Source: Adineta vaga (taxonomy: Eukaryota > Animalia > Rotifera). From it: 64,000 bases of DNA. Location: NCBI GenBank assembly GCA_021613535.1, contig CP075495.1, forward strand, positions 5,704,001 through 5,768,000, read 5' to 3'. The notes beneath the pieces were generated by a model. That model did not search any database, had not been told where the DNA came from, and saw only the letters and a list, made by a program, of their open reading frames with translations. This document shows positions 52,130-64,000 of this stretch, in pieces. Made by a program: the position numbers and the translations under genes. Position 1 is the stretch's first letter, and each line of letters starts with the position of its first letter.

Positions 52130-55100
52130 ATGCGTGAATTAAGGAAGAGCACCAACTTATCTCAACAACTATTGTTGAACGATGTAATTTATTAAAAGAT
52201 AATTTCTCTAAAAGTTTTTTCTAATTTTATTCGAAATTTCATTTTTTGAAGAAGAAATCAGATGTTCTCCAACAAGTTGTTAATCATGAATATAACAAAC
52301 TCTTTCGTCAGACACAGAAAACGTCAGATGAAACAGTTCAGTAAGATAATATTATAAGAATTCTCGAATAATTGATTTCTTTTTTTTCTTCTTCTTTTAG
52401 ACATATTCTTCAACGTGTAGCCACATATCCTCCACCAAGTCCTTTAATAATCCCTATCCCAAAGTCTACTAAAGTATTCGATACTAACGACGACGACAAT
52501 GATCATGATAATACTATTCAACAAATATCTGTCATGATAACAGATGGTGCTGATAAAAAATTACAAAAGAGTTCGATAAATGTTACTGTTATGCCAACAG
52601 TATCATCCGTTCGAGAATTAATTGCTTATGTACCAACGATGAAAAATATTGCTACACGTGGTGATTTAATTGGTATACCATATTTAGGTGATAAATTTGA
52701 TGCTGAAGATCAAAAATTGATTAATTCAATATCGGGTGAATCAGAAAACAAAACTAAAAGACCAATGCGCAGTATGATTTATTTATTAATAGATTTTTAG
52801 ATAAATTTTCATTGTTTTCACTTAGGAAAAAAATTAGATGAACAGTCACTAGAAATATTGTATCATACAATACGATCGAATGAAACTTGGCATTCATATT
52901 CAAATGAACAAATTATCGATGCAATACTTCGTAGGATATCAAATTTAAGTATTGATAAACTTCAATAGGATTTTTTATTTAAGATCATCATCGAGATTCT
53001 ACATCAAGATCAAGACTTCTTACAATTGCTAGTCAAAAGGAATGTCCTACAAATAGTAATGATTCATATAGTGTAAATATTGATACCTGTGATACAGTAG
53101 ATCTTGACATTGATGATCTATGTATTAAACCATGGTGCTCACGATTTTGTACACGATGTTATACATATAAGTAAGATTTGACTTAAATAAATAAATTTTC
53201 ATAATGAATATTAATCGAAAAATAATCGATGTTGTTTTTCAAATAGTTGTTTACTCCATAAAGACATACCATGTTATCTTCCATTACCTAACCAGTATTG
53301 TTTATCTGTCAACAATCAATCATCTCCATGCAGTTCCACTTGTTATAAGCATGAACGTGAAAAATTAAAACGTTCATTATCACCATCGTATACCAATGAA
53401 GAACAGAATCAATCCTATCATGCAACACAACCTGAACGAACTGAAAATGTCAGAAAACGTCCACGAAAATCTGCACCAGTTCGACGAATCTTATCATCGA
53501 ATAAATTAAATCATTTTCATAATGAAAATTTTCGTATTGATCATTATCATCTTCATGTCTTAGATATTCAAAAAAAAGTGACATCACAACAGTTATTAAC
53601 ACGTATAGAAAATCATATGATACAGCAATCCAATCTTTTGGCAAATAATTGGTCATTAACTGATCGAAGTTTATTTCGTTTATTCTATTTTCTATGTGAT
53701 GGTGATCTATGTACTATCAAACAATTTCTCATCGATGATTATCGAACTTGTCAAGATCTATATGAACAATTTATTTTGGATGCAAAATATTTTTCTGATC
53801 GAATATCATTAACAAATGGAAAAGTATTTCTAATTCGTCAACAATATCGTCGACGAATGGTAGAGGGTGCAACACGAGCATTTCTTTTTCATATAAAGAA
53901 ACATTTGAATGAAACGAACAGTAATAACATATTAAAATCTGCATATCAACCATGTCAACACGATGGACCATGTGTAATATCAAATCCAAATTGTCAGTGT
54001 ATGAAAAATGGGACTTATTGTGAAAAATATTGCAACTGTTCAATTGATTGTCCACATCGATTTCCGGGTTGTTCATGTAAAGGTGCATGTTTATTGAATA
54101 ATTGTTTATGTTGTGCAGAAGGACGAGAATGTGATCCTGATCTATGTCATAAATGTGGTGCATCATTATTTAAAAATTCAATCATTGATTACAATTCAGT
54201 GGTAAAAATGTAAAAAAATTAATTGAATCAAATGTAAGAAAACTAAATCATTAATTGTGAATTTTTCTATTTAGAAAATCGGAAATTCTACAACCAACAA
54301 TGATCGAACGAAAATCATCACCATCTCTATCAAGACGAATTGCTCGAACGAAGATAATAGAAAACATACCAACACGACAACATAGTCTTCGTTCATGTCG
54401 AACTGTCGAACCATCCTATAAAACAAGTCGAAATCAAACGAAACGTTCAAATGTAAGAACATCATTGAATTCAAATACATCAACAAATTCATCGATGATT
54501 ACATGTGCAAATATTGCATTACAAAGAAGATCGTATAAACAAATTTTGATAGCAGAATCTGATGGTAATTGATAATGAACTGAATATTTTATTTTCGAAC
54601 GAAAATTTTAGTTGCCGGTTATGGTGCTTTTCTTGGTTCGCCTGTTGCATATCCTGGAGATTTAATTGGAGAATATACTGGAGAAATAATTACGGAAGAG
54701 GAAGCAGATAGACGAGGTCGACTTTATGATAAACAAGCATGTTCTTATTTATTTAATCTTGATACACAACGTTGTGTTGATGCAAGACAATTTGGTAGTA
54801 AAATTCGGTAATGTTCATTTGAAATTCTTTATCATTCATGGTTTTCGTAGATAGTTGAATTTCTATCACATGCTATTATTGCATGGAGATTGTTGAAAGA
54901 TGTGCTAAAAGCTCTATCAGATAAGATTCTATTTCTTCTAAAATTACTATACTCTTCGATTCTCTATGATAATGTTGATAAGAGATAAACTCTAAAAACT
55001 AAATAAGTAAGTCTAATATTGAAAATCTCATTTTAAGCTTTGCTAATCATTCATCCAAACCAAATTGTGTTCCTAAAGTCAAATTAGTCAATGGTAATTC

Positions 55101-55350
55101 TCATTTCTATCTTATTTACAGTAAAATTTACTTATAACTATATTTTCTCTCTTTGAGGTGATTATCGTATCGGTATATATGCTAAACAAATGATATTTCA
55201 AGGTGATGAGCTATTTTTTGAATATATGTATGATGCACATCAACGTCAACAATTTGTTAATAATGAACGTATTGATAATTTTGAACAACATGGTTTAATC
55301 ATTCTTAAACGTTTTGGTGAAAATTTTATACTTGTACGACCATCCCATGA
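52130..55350 (+). CDS. EZH2: Enhancer of zeste (EZH2/E(z)) H3K27 methyltransferase, divergent; start codon uncertain
   Basis: IPYLGD (SRM), FCTRCYTYNCLLH (MCSS), SANT2-like WSLTDRSLFR, CXC (YQPCQHDGPC...CEKYCNC...RFPGCSC...RECDPDLC), SET (GEYTGEII...EADRRGRLYDK...RFANHS...ELFFEY). Confidence 0.93.
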
Positions 55351-57157
55351 TTAGTATTCGTTCGTTCATTGAAGTTTTTTTTCTTTCTCGATATTTAATA
55401 TCATGTATATGATGTACTCTCTTTTTTTTCTTGTCTTCTTTTTTGATCTTTTTCTATCATAGTCTGTATGTTATTATGATGCAAAAGAATGACGAAGTCA
55501 TAAATATAGTAATCAAACTACTTTTTTCATGATCATTGAACAGTTTATAAAAGATATCTATTCCATCTTATTAATGCTTGAGTATCACTACTTGAAAAAT
55601 ATAAGTTCTCATTATTCTGAATTCTAGAAGGAAAGAAAACGTATCATAAAATGTCGACTAGAAACATAAATCTGGTACGAATGACATATTCGTTAGTTTT
55701 TTTTTCAAATATATTTAGAATAATAATATTGTAATGTAGAAATTATTTAATTCATCAATCTTCTAGTCTTTGTTAGTATTTATCAACTTTTGCATCTTAT
55801 ATTTTTGCATGAGAATCACAATGACAAATAACTTTTGATTTTGTCAGCTGGATTTTTTACTCAAGTAGACAAGGTTCGTAACTCGAAATTATTGACTTGA
55901 CTGTTTTTTCTGTATGTTTTAATCTCCATATTAAAAAAAGATATTTCCTTGAATGAAAGGTCGACTTTTAATAGCACATATGCAATTCATTATTCCCGAA
56001 CAAGTGATTGACTGAATTGCATAAATGTCTTCTCACAAAAGATTTCTTTTCTCCTTTACTGTAATAAAAGATTGTCTCGAGATTTCCATTAGTAAGACAA
56101 AACAAAAGACAATTTTAGAGAACAATAATATGTTTTTCTCTCTTCTTATGATGACAGTTGAGAGGACTTCTTGACATAGGGAATACAATAATAAAGACCT
56201 AGTCTATCTAGTATATCATTGTATACTCCAGGTACATGCAAGTTCTGTTCAATGTAAGTGAAACGAATTGTCTCTAGGAACAAATGACTTGACATTTTCT
56301 CGTTTGATCTATTATAAAAACTACGTTAATATTCATGTCGAATGTTTTATATCTATTCTTTGTATAAGGTCCCTTTCGGATGCTTGTTAGTATAATTAAT
56401 CGGAGTAGTCAAAACTATCGGCATCTTTTCAATCTATTGTTAATAAAGTAATACTATAATGATGTCTTTGTTGTTATTTGCATCATTTCTTTTATATTGT
56501 TAAATCATATCATTAGAAAGTACGTTTTCTTAGATACGTTATTTTGAAAAAAGAAAAGCAAACCGATGAAAGAAAATGAGACCGACTTCCTGAATGTGTT
56601 ATTCTCATAAGACGTTGATTCAACTTATTAGATCTAACGTTTTTTAATAATAATAAGAACAAGAACAAAGAAATAATTCCAGAGGAAAATCGATCAGATA
56701 CAGTGAGTAGATTTCTAAAACAAGGAGATTTCTTTTTTCTTTCTTTTACTACTAAATATTAGTTTATATTACCATACTTGTTTATTTTTCTCAGAACTCT
56801 GTTGTAATACAGCATCTGTTATAGGAAAAAAGAAAGATCCTCTATCTTATTAATTCAGCTTTGTCGAATGTCATAGTTCATGGATAGAATAGTTTCGCAA
56901 TTGATAATAGTTTTTCTATGAGAGTAATTCGTAAAGTCATAAATCACTTTTGAGATAACATTATTCGTGATATTTCAGACGTTATTGAGACTTTATAAAC
57001 TATAGAATAAGATGGACATCTCGGTCTTTGCTTAGCTTTTTATTACATTGCTGAGTCCAATGGAATTAGGAATAGTATCAAAAATGATACAAATAATATT
57101 TACAGTAATATTCTTTTTCGTCTTTTTTTAGAAGATTTATTCGAAAAACTACTGAAC

Positions 57158-58207
57158 ATGTTGCTTATTCAATCTCCCAGTATAGTCTTTGCATTTATGT
57201 TTACTCTCTTTTCTCTCACATTAACTATGTTAACATTTGATATTGGTTATAAACATCCTAAACAACAATTTCAATTTCTAATTATTTTACCACCAATAAA
57301 TAGTATATTTCTATTTCTTTTTTCCTTAACATGGATTGAACGTCGTTTTCGTTTATCATATATTCCTTTTATATGTATATTTATATTATTATTATCATCT
57401 TTATCATTAACAATTATTTCAAGTTTATTTCTCTCATTCTCAATTATACTCTATTTTAATTTGATTTTCTATTCTCTTTGTACGATTATCTTTTTCCTAT
57501 TACTTTTACTTCTTATTATATCATATTTATATGGTTCATTTACAACACATCATCAAAATCAATCAACAAATCAATTAATAAAAACATCAAATTCATCGCA
57601 ATTGAATAAAATTATCTTCGAATCCAATGAACATCAATTGATTCTCTTTATGTCACATTTTCCAGCTGATCGTCAATCTCATGATTTTCAAACTATGATC
57701 GATGAGTTAAATCAAGTACATATTGATACAATTTTATCATTAAATGAAAAACAAGAATTATCCTTTATGAATATAAATCAGAATACGAATTTTTGTCATA
57801 TGGATGTCTATTCAACACGTATCAAACGAGCAAATATCGAACATATTATTTATCCAATTCGAAAAAGTTTCATACCAAAATCAATTAGTGATTATATGCA
57901 ATTTTTATATAGTATTATAAATAATATCAATCGAAATGATCGACGACGTCTACTTGTTCATTGTATGAATGGTTTCGGACGAACGGGCATGACAATTGTT
58001 TGTTTTGAACTTCTTTATGAATATATAATGAATGAAAATGAACGAGAAAAACGACAAAAATTCTTCGAACGATTTTGTCATTATCCATTATTATTAGAAA
58101 ATTCCTGTCGAGTATGTCATGCCATATCCAATATAAGGAAAATTCGACCGAAAAGTATTCATAATCCCATACAGATTATATTTGTACATGAATTTTATGC
58201 ACCTTAA
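57158..58207 (+). CDS. Intronless Cys-based (CX5R) phosphatase with about four N-terminal TM helices; probable true end at 58308 after a 1-nt frameshift
   Basis: Hydrophobic residues ~1-125; catalytic loop VHCMNGFGRTG; DTILSLNEKQEL and IRKIRPKSIHNPIQ motifs typical of CDKN3/Cdc14-like dual-specificity phosphatases. Confidence 0.82.
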   Translation: MLLIQSPSIVFAFMFTLFSLTLTMLTFDIGYKHPKQQFQFLIILPPINSIFLFLFSLTWIERRFRLSYIPFICIFILLLSSLSLTIISSLFLSFSIILYFNLIFYSLCTIIFFLLLLLLIISYLYGSFTTHHQNQSTNQLIKTSNSSQLNKIIFESNEHQLILFMSHFPADRQSHDFQTMIDELNQVHIDTILSLNEKQELSFMNINQNTNFCHMDVYSTRIKRANIEHIIYPIRKSFIPKSISDYMQFLYSIINNINRNDRRRLLVHCMNGFGRTGMTIVCFELLYEYIMNENEREKRQKFFERFCHYPLLLENSCRVCHAISNIRKIRPKSIHNPIQIIFVHEFYAP

Positions 58208-59955
58208 AATCGGTATCTTATATGCAACAAATCAAAGAGATAATTCATCTTAATGAAAAACTTCTTTTGAACAATTTTGACGAATTACGTTTACCAATAA
58301 ATATATAAAACAATCAAGAAAATGTTTATCTCAATGAATTCATGTCTATCAATTGAAAAGATAGGTGTGAAACAAGTCAAATAAAATAAAATCTCTATTG
58401 ATATTGATACATTCACTTCATGTTTTTATTAGCCGTTGTTTTTCTTCTTCTTCTTCTTTTTTCAAACATCAAACACATCATGAATATAAGATTGTGTAAA
58501 CGATTCTTACGTATGTATATACATATCTCTACTTGAGGCTAATCTGACTTTCAAAATAGAAAGAAATGTTCATTTAATTAAAACAGGAAGCAGCAGGAAG
58601 AACAGGGAGAGGAAACAATTCATCTTACGTTTTATACAAACACATCTCTGATTTTGATCTACTTTACTGCTGCGTGACAGAATGTCAAAGAGTGAACGAG
58701 AGTGCAGAATGTTTCCTTCACAGCACGATGCTATGCATGGTGCGAAAAAGAGAGAAAAAAAAAGAAAGGAGATGAAACGTCTATGATGCATAACGATGAG
58801 AAAAAAATTCATCCATTTACAAATAGTTCATTTTTTTGCTTTATTGACAACATCATTTGTCCAACAAATAGAGCAGAGATATTCAGCAAGTGTATAGATT
58901 TATATATACACACATTAAGATGTGATGCTGCTCCTTCTTCTTCACACACTTGAATAAGCTGCTTTTTCTTCCCCTCTCTTTTTTCTTCTTCAAGTGCGCA
59001 TCATATATCCTTTCCTGCGTATTGTTATGCTTAGGAAACTCGAGATGATGATAGATAGAAAGGACAACAAAACAGACAGTTGTGAAACAAACACATTTAT
59101 ATCTAAGCTACTGTATATAGACTATTTATGGTCCACAGACTACTATCAACATACAATTTCAATAAAAAAAAAGGGAAGTTTCCATCTGTTTGATGCATCA
59201 GAGTGATACTTGACAAGTTTAAATTACAAACAACTTAACGCATCAATGAATGTAACATTCTATCCGAAAAATAGAACTATAAGAAAAGGTTGATCAAACA
59301 CATCGACATACAATATAAGATGGCGATAATACGATTTTTAAAACATTTTTCAACATATAACAATCTTCTCTCTCGGCAAATTTTATTCGAACCGTTTGAA
59401 TTGTTTAGTGTAATCAAATAAGAATATCATTAGTTTTTTTCATTCATCGATCATTATTATGTAAAAAAGTCATTTTGGTTTCCACTTCATTGACATGGCA
59501 TGCAATTCAGAGAATGAAAAAAACGAATCAGATTCTTCAATCTTATAATCTAATGATGCATTTCAAGGCATCTATTTTTTTTTGTTTCTTAAATAAAGAA
59601 AATTTCAAATCATCAAACACAGCAATGTATGTGAAATATAACAGCGAAAGAAGAAAAAATATATATATAAAAGAAGAAAACGTTCATTTTTATCTCACAC
59701 ACACACACACAGATACATACAAACACATACAATGCGCATTTCTATCTCTATTTAGATATGTATTTTTCTTTAGTTATACACGGATATTTTTTTTAGTCAA
59801 GGAGAAAACAAAGCAAACGAGAAAAAAATAATTAATAACAATAAACAAATCGCATGTGAACTATACATACAACAGACGTGATATATATAAATAGAAAAAT
59901 AAAGTCAATACATATAGAAAGTGACAAGAACTTTGAAAGTTTTTTTTGTCATGTC

Positions 59956-60662
59956 TCATTTGTTCAATAAAAATGATGGAAGAAATAGATAATCATCGGA
60001 ATTCAATATTGGTGAGTCCATCGGTGAAATTGAACGGGATGATGATACTGATGAACGAATATCACTACCGATTGATGAGGATGGAGAAATTGAAGATGGA
60101 ATTGAATTGCATGATAAACTATCAGGACATTCATCATGTAAGAAATGACATCGAGGACCATAAGGACCTATGAGAATGAAAATTTTACAAGATAGATTTT
60201 GATCGAACAGAAAATGACGTTTTTTTCAATACATACAATATCCAGTACAGTGATATGTACGACAAAGTACTGTTTTATATTTTGGATGTCGATCTAACGA
60301 ACGTATTTCATGATATCCATGAGCAAATTGACATTTTTCACCGTATTTGCATATACCAGTTTCATGATATGAACGACATAATTCTGTTTTATAACGTTGT
60401 GAAGTTGTTTTATTTTGATTATCTGCAATAGTATTTGCTGTTAATGGAGTCATAGGTTGTGAATTTGATTGTAAGACAGGGCCACCAACAACTTTTGAAT
60501 AAATATTTGTGGATGAAATGGTCTAAAATTATGAAATAGTAGAAATAAGTTTTCTGTTTTTCTATTTGAACTTACGGATAATGAACATTTTTCGATGGAC
60601 ATCGATGTAAACATATTTTGAAGAAAATAAGATGTATGTTGATTTGTTGGATGAATATACAT
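59956..60662 (-). CDS. TIS11: TIS11/ZFP36 tandem CCCH zinc-finger ARE-binding protein, 3 exons
   Basis: [27 protein letters not shown]...[28 protein letters not shown] after splicing. Confidence 0.93.
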
Positions 60663-62648
60663 GATGATAGTGAAATATCAAGGCACTAATGTCGAGACAA
60701 TAAGAATTTTGTACGAACACACCACTTCGTCTATTTTGTCGTCGTCGTCTTCTCTATATATTTTCCTCTTTTTCGAACGAATGTCTAATGCATGTTTCTT
60801 CTTTCTTTCTCTCTCTCTCTCTCTCTCGTGTGCTTTTCTTCTTCTTCTCCTTCTTCTTGCTATTGCATGAACACACCATGCGACCAATAGGGATATTAAA
60901 ATAATCTTCGAGCTAATTTCCAAGAATTCGATTTGATCTTATCGATAGAGATTCATTTTCTTTTTGAAAATTCACACTATGAGTTCGTTCGATTGATCAA
61001 ATGAACAAGCTCCTTGTTTTCTTTAATATGTACAATGAAAATATCTTATCAGGAGTAGACAACGGTTTTTCTTCTTGTCTTCTCTTCTCTTTCGTTATCC
61101 GGAAATGTTTCCTTTAAGGTTTAAAACAAGTTCAAAGATATAGAATAGGAAAAGGTGTTATGAGAGGATAATATATAATGATGATCGATGAGAATCATCT
61201 CTTTGATTTGATCAATGTTCAGTCAAAAGTGACGTAAATCTCATTAATCGGAGAAGATAAAAACGAAAGAAGATGTTTTGTCTATGCGTTATATTTTGAT
61301 ATCATGGATATATATATATCGTATAATGTAACGGAGATTTTGAATCATGATATTGATTTTAGTTGAGAAAATCGTTTTTCGCGTCTTTTACATAAGATGA
61401 TATTGATTGTTTGGATAAAACGATTCAAATCACAGTTACGTGATTATTGGATTAGCATATTACAATGTACTAAATCTAATTTCAATGGTTGTCTATTATT
61501 ATATATATTTTCTCGCTAATATGTTTTTGATCGATTTATTCTATGTGAATGAAATATTTTCATTTCGATAACTTAAATCATAGAAGAATGTCTAATCAAT
61601 ATTAAAATTCTCTATATTCCCTCCTGATATATCAAATCATTGAATCATTCCAACAATTGAATTTTCAAGATTAAAAACTAACTCTTACATGACGATTTGT
61701 GTTTTTTCTCTCTTTCTCTTACAAATATCATATGTAATCACCTGTTTTATGCTTAGATTGGAATGACTTCATTCAAGTGTTGTCTACATATATCCAAGAC
61801 TAATTTATCTTCACTTCATTCCATCATGTATTACAATCAATGACTTCATTCACTTCGACAGACTTGTCTCGAACATGGAATTCCATTGATAGTAGAAGAA
61901 CACCTGCTGAATACATTCACTGACAGCAACTGAAAACTTCTATCTCAGTGAAAATTGAAAATGATCTAATCTATTCTCGATGTGTGTGTGTATGTTAAAA
62001 TCATTTGGATATACTTAAATATATATTCTAAAATTATCATCTTATCCATTTCTGATTGAATGAGCAACACAAGAGATTACATATTGTTATTCATGTAATA
62101 GAATGATGATCTTTCTTCATTCAATGATTGAAAGCGTGAATTGCAGTTCTAATTGGATATAGAAAAGGATCTCCTGCAATGCAATTGACACAGCGGGTTA
62201 GATGATGCATTTTGTCGAAGATGCGTTAAAATTTTTCTTCTTTTTATTTTCTTTCTTGAAGATTATGTCACGCATGCAAATTCAATTGTATTGTCATTAT
62301 TTGAAAATTCAAAAGTCAATAGCGTTTTTTCCTCGACTACATCTGTACGTTTATTTATATAGAGATGAACATGATTGCCTTAAAGCAAGTTCAAATATGC
62401 AGGTGAATAGTCTTTTAAAGATCATTTTATCATTATAAGATGGTGTAATTATTGACCATCTGCATTGATGAGCATGTGTATACGTGTTTTCTATCTGTAT
62501 GGATAAAGAATGCGAAAATAAGCTTCTAATCATATTTAGATTTTTATTACATGTTGAAACAATAAAATGTGTCGATCTACAGGTGTGACTTTCACATGAA
62601 CATCTGTGAGATAAAAATATTGACAAAAACAAAGTTGCAAGTCTTTTT

Positions 62649-63096
62649 CTAAGATGCTGTTGCACATTTACCTAGAACAGATACAAGAAATATTTAAAAA
62701 ATAAGAAACAAGAATACTTTATGAATTTGATTCATACGAAACTGATGTTTTTATAGTTTTCCTGTAAGACAAAGAACTTACGAGTCAATGTAGTAACTAA
62801 AATTGGTACAAGAATGACTGCACCTATACTGACAATAACAGCAGTTGCTGCCATAGCAAACAATAAACGATGATGCCGATCACGTATTTTTGGTTGTCTT
62901 ATGTCACTAAAAAATATAATTATGTAATACATTCATTCTATTGAATTTCTTTCAAATATACCGAGATGCTAAATCACTGAATGTGAATGGACTTAAAATT
63001 TCCGTTCTCTAGAAATATCAAAGATGTTTTCATTAAAATTTCAAAAACAAATACATAACTTACATAGGCAGGTGAAGATGCTATTGGGGTAACCAT
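62649..63096 (-). CDS. Small single-pass membrane protein (4 short exons), unknown function; 3' end uncertain
   Basis: In-frame GT-AG splicing gives MVTPIASSPAY-RTEILSPFTFSDLASR-DIRQPKIRDRHHRLLFAMAATAVIVSIGAVILVPILVTTLTR-KCATAS*. Confidence 0.55.
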
Positions 63097-63617
63097 TTTA
63101 GTTCGTATAATATATACTTGTATTTTATGCGGATAAGTACTTTGTCAAAATGCTTCTCGTTTCAAATGAATGCTCACTTTTAAGAGCACAACGTTAGATA
63201 GAAACTGTAACCTATTAAGCAGCTGCCGTAGACTTTGTATTGCGTATAAAAGTATTTTTTACCTGCTCTGAGAAATTGAAAAAAGTCCTTTTGAATATCA
63301 TGATGAAATACTGAAAGTTAATTATTTGTAGAAGTATTCTTGAGTAAAACTGCGTTTTATCATAAAGGGAATTGATTTTAGAAAGCTTAAATGAAAGTAC
63401 TAGGACAGTTGAGGTTTCAACTGATGAGTATATACATATATACAATATAAATACATATTCCATGCTGTATAGTTAAAACGTCAAAATGTTTTATTGAAAA
63501 TTTTTTATATATTTGCTAACGAGTTTATACGCTTCTGACAGAAAGAACAATGAAAATTTAAATAGTTTTCTAATAACTTCTGCTTCTTACATACATGTCA
63601 AGCTTGAAATTTATATT

Positions 63618-63807
63618 CAATTGACAAAAAGAGTTTCACCGAACCTTATCGAGGAGAAGATCCTTTGGGATTCCGTATCGATTTACTGAACCAAAAAAAG
63701 TTCGGTAGAATGTTCACCAATCTTCTTCGAGTTCGGCAAATCGATACGGAGTCCCAAAGGATCTTCCCCTCGATACAGGTTCGGTAAACTCCTATTTTTT
63801 TACAGTG
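63618..63807. mobile_element. MITE-like palindromic non-autonomous element
   Basis: ~60-bp arms 63631-63691 and 63731-63791 are reverse complements with only a few mismatches and indels; GC-richer than flanks; right terminus TTTTTTACAGTG, left terminus degenerate. Confidence 0.75.
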
Positions 63808-64000
63808 TATCTCCAATCAAACAGTTCAGTTGAAAAACAGAATTTTCAATTGAATTCAAGTTTCCAGTTAGACACTACCGACTTTTCGACACGTGCAATG
63901 AATGATTTACTTAGACATATTGAATAAGATCATAATTCTGAATATAACAAAATGGTTGATGAGCGACGAAACTCCATGAAGATTTTAAATGAGGCTGTTA

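Noticed and set aside
54200-54300. Apparent premature stop in E(z) after the CXC exon
   Set aside because: Using the phase-2 donor at 54210 rather than 54202 keeps the frame open
57158-57530. Voltage-sensing phosphatase (VSP/TPTE)
   Set aside because: No periodic Arg S4 helix, no PTEN-type HCKxGKxRTG loop and no C2 domain
12345-60662. Functional cluster of chromatin regulators (ZNF608, EMSY, EZH2) or mRNA-decay factors (PNRC, TIS11)
   Set aside because: They are interspersed with unrelated genes on both strands; no evidence beyond coincidence
1-64000. Prokaryotic systems (CRISPR, operons, defence islands), rRNA/tRNA, autonomous transposons
   Set aside because: The sequence is intron-rich metazoan DNA; no repeat-spacer array, structural RNA signature or RT/transposase motif was recognised by eye

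Overview
AT-rich, gene-dense eukaryotic DNA with many ~50-65 nt GT-AG introns and metazoan genes. Composition and intron size are most like a bdelloid rotifer (inference, not proven). By splicing the ORF track by eye I can support about 19 protein-coding genes: CYLD-like deubiquitinase (5' part outside window), QDPR, ZER1/ZYG-11, NRF-6-like acyltransferase, a secreted LURP1/tubby-like orphan, two tandem ZNF608/609 (brakeless) paralogues, a secreted amphipathic-helix precursor, EVG1/UPF0193, a PNRC-like protein, GIT ArfGAP, EMSY-like ENT protein, S28 serine peptidase, a small type-I membrane protein hidden by a 1-nt frameshift, PAS kinase, E(z)/EZH2, an intronless 4-TM CX5R phosphatase, TIS11/ZFP36 and a small TM protein. 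There is also a MITE-like palindrome near the right end. No rRNA, tRNA, CRISPR array or autonomous transposon was recognised, and I see no convincing multi-gene novel system. The best leads are single-gene oddities: GIT lacking its catalytic arginine, the membrane-anchored phosphatase, the convertase-cleaved amphipathic precursor, the ZNF608 pair with reciprocal intron differences and zinc-finger loss, an E(z) with a ~80-aa CXC insertion, and a non-RD PAS kinase. All family calls come from motif recall, not database searches.
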